NCBI GenBank assembly: GCA_964645775.1
Contig: CAZYBU010000015.1
Coordinates: 4,943-68,942 of the forward strand
Length of the DNA stretch: 64,000 bases
Direction: 5' to 3'
Source: an uncultured Leptospirales bacterium
GTDB taxonomy: Bacteria > Spirochaetota > UBA4802 > UBA5550
The notes beneath the pieces are model-generated. The model saw only the letters and a list, made by a program, of their open reading frames with translations. It was not told the origin of the DNA and searched no databases. Numbering within the stretch: the first letter of the stretch is position 1; each line of letters begins with the position of its first letter. A program made the translations under genes and the position numbers. This document shows, piece by piece, positions 60,999-64,000 of this stretch.

Positions 60999-62207
60999 TC
61001 AGAAACTTCCGTTCTTTTTCATAAGAGCCTCAATGCGGCCTGGAAGACCGTAGATCTTCATGAAACCTGAGGCGTCGTGCTGATCATAGAGTTCACTGGC
61101 CTCAAAGCTGGCCAGATCCGCGTTATAGAGTGTTCTGTCCGCCTTTCTTCCCGTAACAGTACAGCTTCCACGATAGAGTTTCATTCGCACGGTGCCTGTC
61201 ACGTTCTTCTGGGTTTCTGTGAAGAACGCGTCCAGTGACTCCCGTTTTTTGGAAAACCAGAGTCCATTGTAAATCAAGGTCGCGTATTCCGGCGCGAGCC
61301 TGTCCTTCAGGTGCTGGGTGTCACGATCCAGGGTGATCGATTCCAGGTCCCTGTGGGCCATTAACAGAACCGTACCGGCCGGGGTCTCGTACACTCCCCT
61401 TGATTTCATACCCACCAGCCGGTTCTCCACGATATCGATACGACCAACGCCGTTCTCCCCGGCCAGGTGATTGAGCTCCTTCATGAGCTGAACCGGTCTC
61501 TTCTTCGCCCCGTTTATGGCCACGGGAATCCCCTGCTCAAAATCGATTTCAATATATACAGGCTTATCCGGCGCCTTCTCCGGGGTCTGTGTCAGGAGGA
61601 ACATCTCCTCGTCCGGCTGGTACCAGGAGTCTTCAAGCACTCCCCCTTCATAGGAGATATGGAGGATGTTCCTGTCCATGCTGTAAGGTTTGTCCCTGGT
61701 TACAGGAAGGGGGATGCCGTGGCTCTCGGCGTACTCGAAAAGTTTTGATCGTGACGTGAGATCCCATATTCTCCAGGGAGCGATAATGGACAGTTCCGGA
61801 GCCAGGGACATGAAAGCCATTTCGAAGCGGACCTGGTCGTTCCCCTTTCCCGTAGCGCCGTGGCACACAGCGTCCGCTCCCTCGGCAAGGGCGATCTCCA
61901 CCTGCTTTTTCGCGATCACCGGTCGGGCCAGGGCTGTACCCAGAAGATAACGATCCTCGTAGATGGCGTTGGCCCGGATAGCCGGGAATATATATTCGGT
62001 GACGAACTCCTCTGTCAGGTCTTCGATATAACATTTGCTGGCGCCTGTGGCCAGGGCTTTCTCTTCCAGGCCCTCCAGCTCTTCTTCCTGGCCGACATTG
62101 GCGGCGTAAGCTATGACTTCACAGTCGTATGTATCCTTCAGCCAGGTGAGGATGATGGAGGTATCAAGCCCTCCTGAGTAGGCGAGTACGACTTTATTGA
62201 CCTTCAT
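60999..62207 (-). CDS. argG: Argininosuccinate synthase
   Basis: [10 protein letters not shown]-loop, 402 aa. Confidence 0.95.
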   Translation of the reverse strand: MKVNKVVLAYSGGLDTSIILTWLKDTYDCEVIAYAANVGQEEELEGLEEKALATGASKCYIEDLTEEFVTEYIFPAIRANAIYEDRYLLGTALARPVIAKKQVEIALAEGADAVCHGATGKGNDQVRFEMAFMSLAPELSIIAPWRIWDLTSRSKLFEYAESHGIPLPVTRDKPYSMDRNILHISYEGGVLEDSWYQPDEEMFLLTQTPEKAPDKPVYIEIDFEQGIPVAINGAKKRPVQLMKELNHLAGENGVGRIDIVENRLVGMKSRGVYETPAGTVLLMAHRDLESITLDRDTQHLKDRLAPEYATLIYNGLWFSKKRESLDAFFTETQKNVTGTVRMKLYRGSCTVTGRKADRTLYNADLASFEASELYDQHDASGFMKIYGLPGRIEALMKKNGSF

Positions 62208-62229
62208 GGGATCAGCTCCTTACCTGTTA

Positions 62230-63174
62230 CTATTTGTTGCCTAAAAGGGCGCATAAAATACTTTTTTGAACATGAAGCCGGTTTTCTGCCTGGTCAAAAA
62301 CAACGGAATGCCCGGAATCGAGCAGGTCGGATTCGATCTCCTCCCCCCTGTGGGCCGGAAGACAGTGCATCACACGGCAATCTTTCGCCGCCAGGGAATG
62401 AATTTCCCGGGTCAGACGATAAGGTTCCAGATCAGCCACTCTTTTTTTCTCTTCTTCTTCGCGGCCCATGCTGGTCCAGACATCGGTATAGAGGAAATGT
62501 GCGCCCCGGGTGGCCTCCTCAATAGAATCGGTGACCTGAATGGCGCCGCCAGTCTGGCGGGCGATATCCCGGGCGGTCTCCACGACCACGGGATCAGGAT
62601 GGTAGTCCCGGGGTGAGGCCACAGATATTGAGCTCCCCAGGAGGGCCGCGGTCAGGACAAGGGAGGTGGCGACGTTGTTCCCATCTCCGACATAAGCGAG
62701 TTTCACGGAAGAGAGGTCGGCTGTATACTCGCTTATGGTAAAGAAGTCAGTCAGGGCCTGGCAGGGATGGAACTCGTCGGTCAGTCCGTTTATGACCGGT
62801 ATCGTGGCGTTCTCGGCCACCTCGGTGATAATGGAATGGGAATAGGTGCGTATCATGATTCCATCCACGTAACGGGAAAGTACCCTGGCCGTATCCCCGA
62901 TAGTCTCACCCCGGCCCAGCTGGATGTCGTCACTTCCCAGGAAAAGGGCGTTCCCTCCAAGCTGATACATGCCTGTCTCGAAGGAGACCCGGGTCCGGGT
63001 CGATTTCTTCTCGAAGATCATGGCCAGGTTCTTTTTGAAAAGGAGATCGTTATGCCGGCCCTGTCTGGTTTCATCCTTCAGCCACCGCGTAAAACTGAAG
63101 AGCTCCAGTATCTCTTCTCTGCTCAGATCCGTTACGGTCAGCAGGTCCCGGCTGCGCAGTTTCGGAAGGTTCAT
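62230..63174 (-). CDS. argF: Ornithine carbamoyltransferase
   Basis: STRTR and HCLP motifs. Confidence 0.9.
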   Translation of the reverse strand: MNLPKLRSRDLLTVTDLSREEILELFSFTRWLKDETRQGRHNDLLFKKNLAMIFEKKSTRTRVSFETGMYQLGGNALFLGSDDIQLGRGETIGDTARVLSRYVDGIMIRTYSHSIITEVAENATIPVINGLTDEFHPCQALTDFFTISEYTADLSSVKLAYVGDGNNVATSLVLTAALLGSSISVASPRDYHPDPVVVETARDIARQTGGAIQVTDSIEEATRGAHFLYTDVWTSMGREEEEKKRVADLEPYRLTREIHSLAAKDCRVMHCLPAHRGEEIESDLLDSGHSVVFDQAENRLHVQKSILCALLGNK

Positions 63175-64000
63175 AACGTCAGTTCCTCCTCCCGTAACAG
63201 CTCTTCCAGGATCTTCATCCCTTTTCTGACGGTGGTTGCTTTTATTGTTAAAGGGGGCATGATCCGCAGCACGTTGCCGGCCGCGCAGTTGACCACCAGA
63301 CCTTTCTCCAGAGCCCGTTTCACCATGTCCTGGCAGGAATGGGTCAGCTCAATGCCAATATGAAGCCCCATTCCACGCACTTCCTGTATGAAGCGATGCT
63401 TCTCCTTAAGTTCATCCAGTCGATCCATGATCTCCTGGCCGGTGTCCCGGACTTTCTTCATGAGTGACTCTTTACTTATCTCATTAAGCACCGCGAGGGC
63501 CGCGGCCATGGCCAGGTGATTACCGCCAAATGTGGTCCCATGGCTTCCGCCCGGAAGATGTTCAACCAGGTCTTCCCTGGCGTGCATGGCGCCGGCAGGC
63601 ATACCACCCGCCAGGCCCTTGGCCAGAGTAAGAATATCGGGCGTGACATCGAAATGCTGGAAGGCGAAGGGTTCGCCCGTCCTGCCCATTCCTGTCTGGA
63701 CCTCGTCCATGATAAGAAGGACGTCCTTTTCAGAGCAGAGTTCCCGGGCCCCGCGGATAAATTCCGGGTCCGCGATGCGGATTCCTCCCTCGCCCTGAAT
63801 CGGTTCCATGATGACCGCGGCCGTTTCACGTCCCTTCCTGAGTTGTTTCTTCAGGGAACGCAGATCGTTGAAGGGGAGGTAAACGAATCCCCGGGGAAGG
63901 GGCCCGAACCCCCGGTGAATTTTTTTCTGGGCCGTGGCTGTCATGCTCCCGAAGGTCCTGCCGTGAAAGGACTCCTGAAAGGATATGATTTCGAACTTTC
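63171..64000 (-). CDS. argD: Acetylornithine aminotransferase (N-terminal part runs off the window edge)
   Basis: Class-III PLP aminotransferase C-terminal half. The ORF continues past position 64000. Confidence 0.85.
   Translation of the reverse strand, partial: KFEIISFQESFHGRTFGSMTATAQKKIHRGFGPLPRGFVYLPFNDLRSLKKQLRKGRETAAVIMEPIQGEGGIRIADPEFIRGARELCSEKDVLLIMDEVQTGMGRTGEPFAFQHFDVTPDILTLAKGLAGGMPAGAMHAREDLVEHLPGGSHGTTFGGNHLAMAAALAVLNEISKESLMKKVRDTGQEIMDRLDELKEKHRFIQEVRGMGLHIGIELTHSCQDMVKRALEKGLVVNCAAGNVLRIMPPLTIKATTVRKGMKILEELLREEELTL

Overview
This is a chromosomal window of about 55-58% GC from a flagellated bacterium, densely coded and mostly on the minus strand. No CRISPR array, transposase, integrase or prophage was seen. 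I could not run any database search, so every functional call rests on motifs I recognise in the translated ORFs; the gene-order comparisons to spirochaetes, Firmicutes and Bacillus are from memory.

- 1-7.2 kb: a flagellar operon in the order flgB-flgC-fliE-fliF-fliG-fliH-fliI-fliJ. A very large hybrid sensor histidine kinase is transcribed divergently from it.
- 7.2-11.4 kb: the hybrid kinase, a J-domain protein, and an AT-rich spacer.
- 11.4-19.2 kb: an acetyl-CoA-centred cluster next to a NarL-type two-component system.
- 19.2-24.2 kb: lnt, ligA, a patatin-like lipase, then tRNA-fMet and tRNA-Met.
- 24.3-35.8 kb: three small envelope proteins, pdxJ, a c-di-AMP module (cdaA plus a YbbR/CdaR-type gene) with folP, a PorV-like outer-membrane protein, an AT-rich FlgD-Ig-type secreted protein, tlyA, dxs, ymdB, rny and coaD.
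- 35.8-44 kb: an accessory-looking stretch. It holds an acyl-CoA ligase, a tail-anchored coiled-coil protein made of about ten 21-bp tandem repeats under a near-consensus sigma70 promoter, small membrane proteins, a VapBC pair and two alpha/beta hydrolases.
- 44.1-45.0 kb: a non-coding scar carrying two gene fragments.
- 45-60 kb: signalling and envelope genes, including an HDOD-MBL pair, a LysM membrane protein, a BNR-repeat protein, a TPR protein, and a HAMP-PP2C phosphatase facing a STAS protein.
- 61-64 kb: argG-argF-argD.

I did not find one unambiguous novel system. The strongest candidates are the repeat-encoded coiled-coil gene, the CoA-transferase::GNAT fusion beside an ACD-like synthetase, and the structured fliE-fliF spacer.
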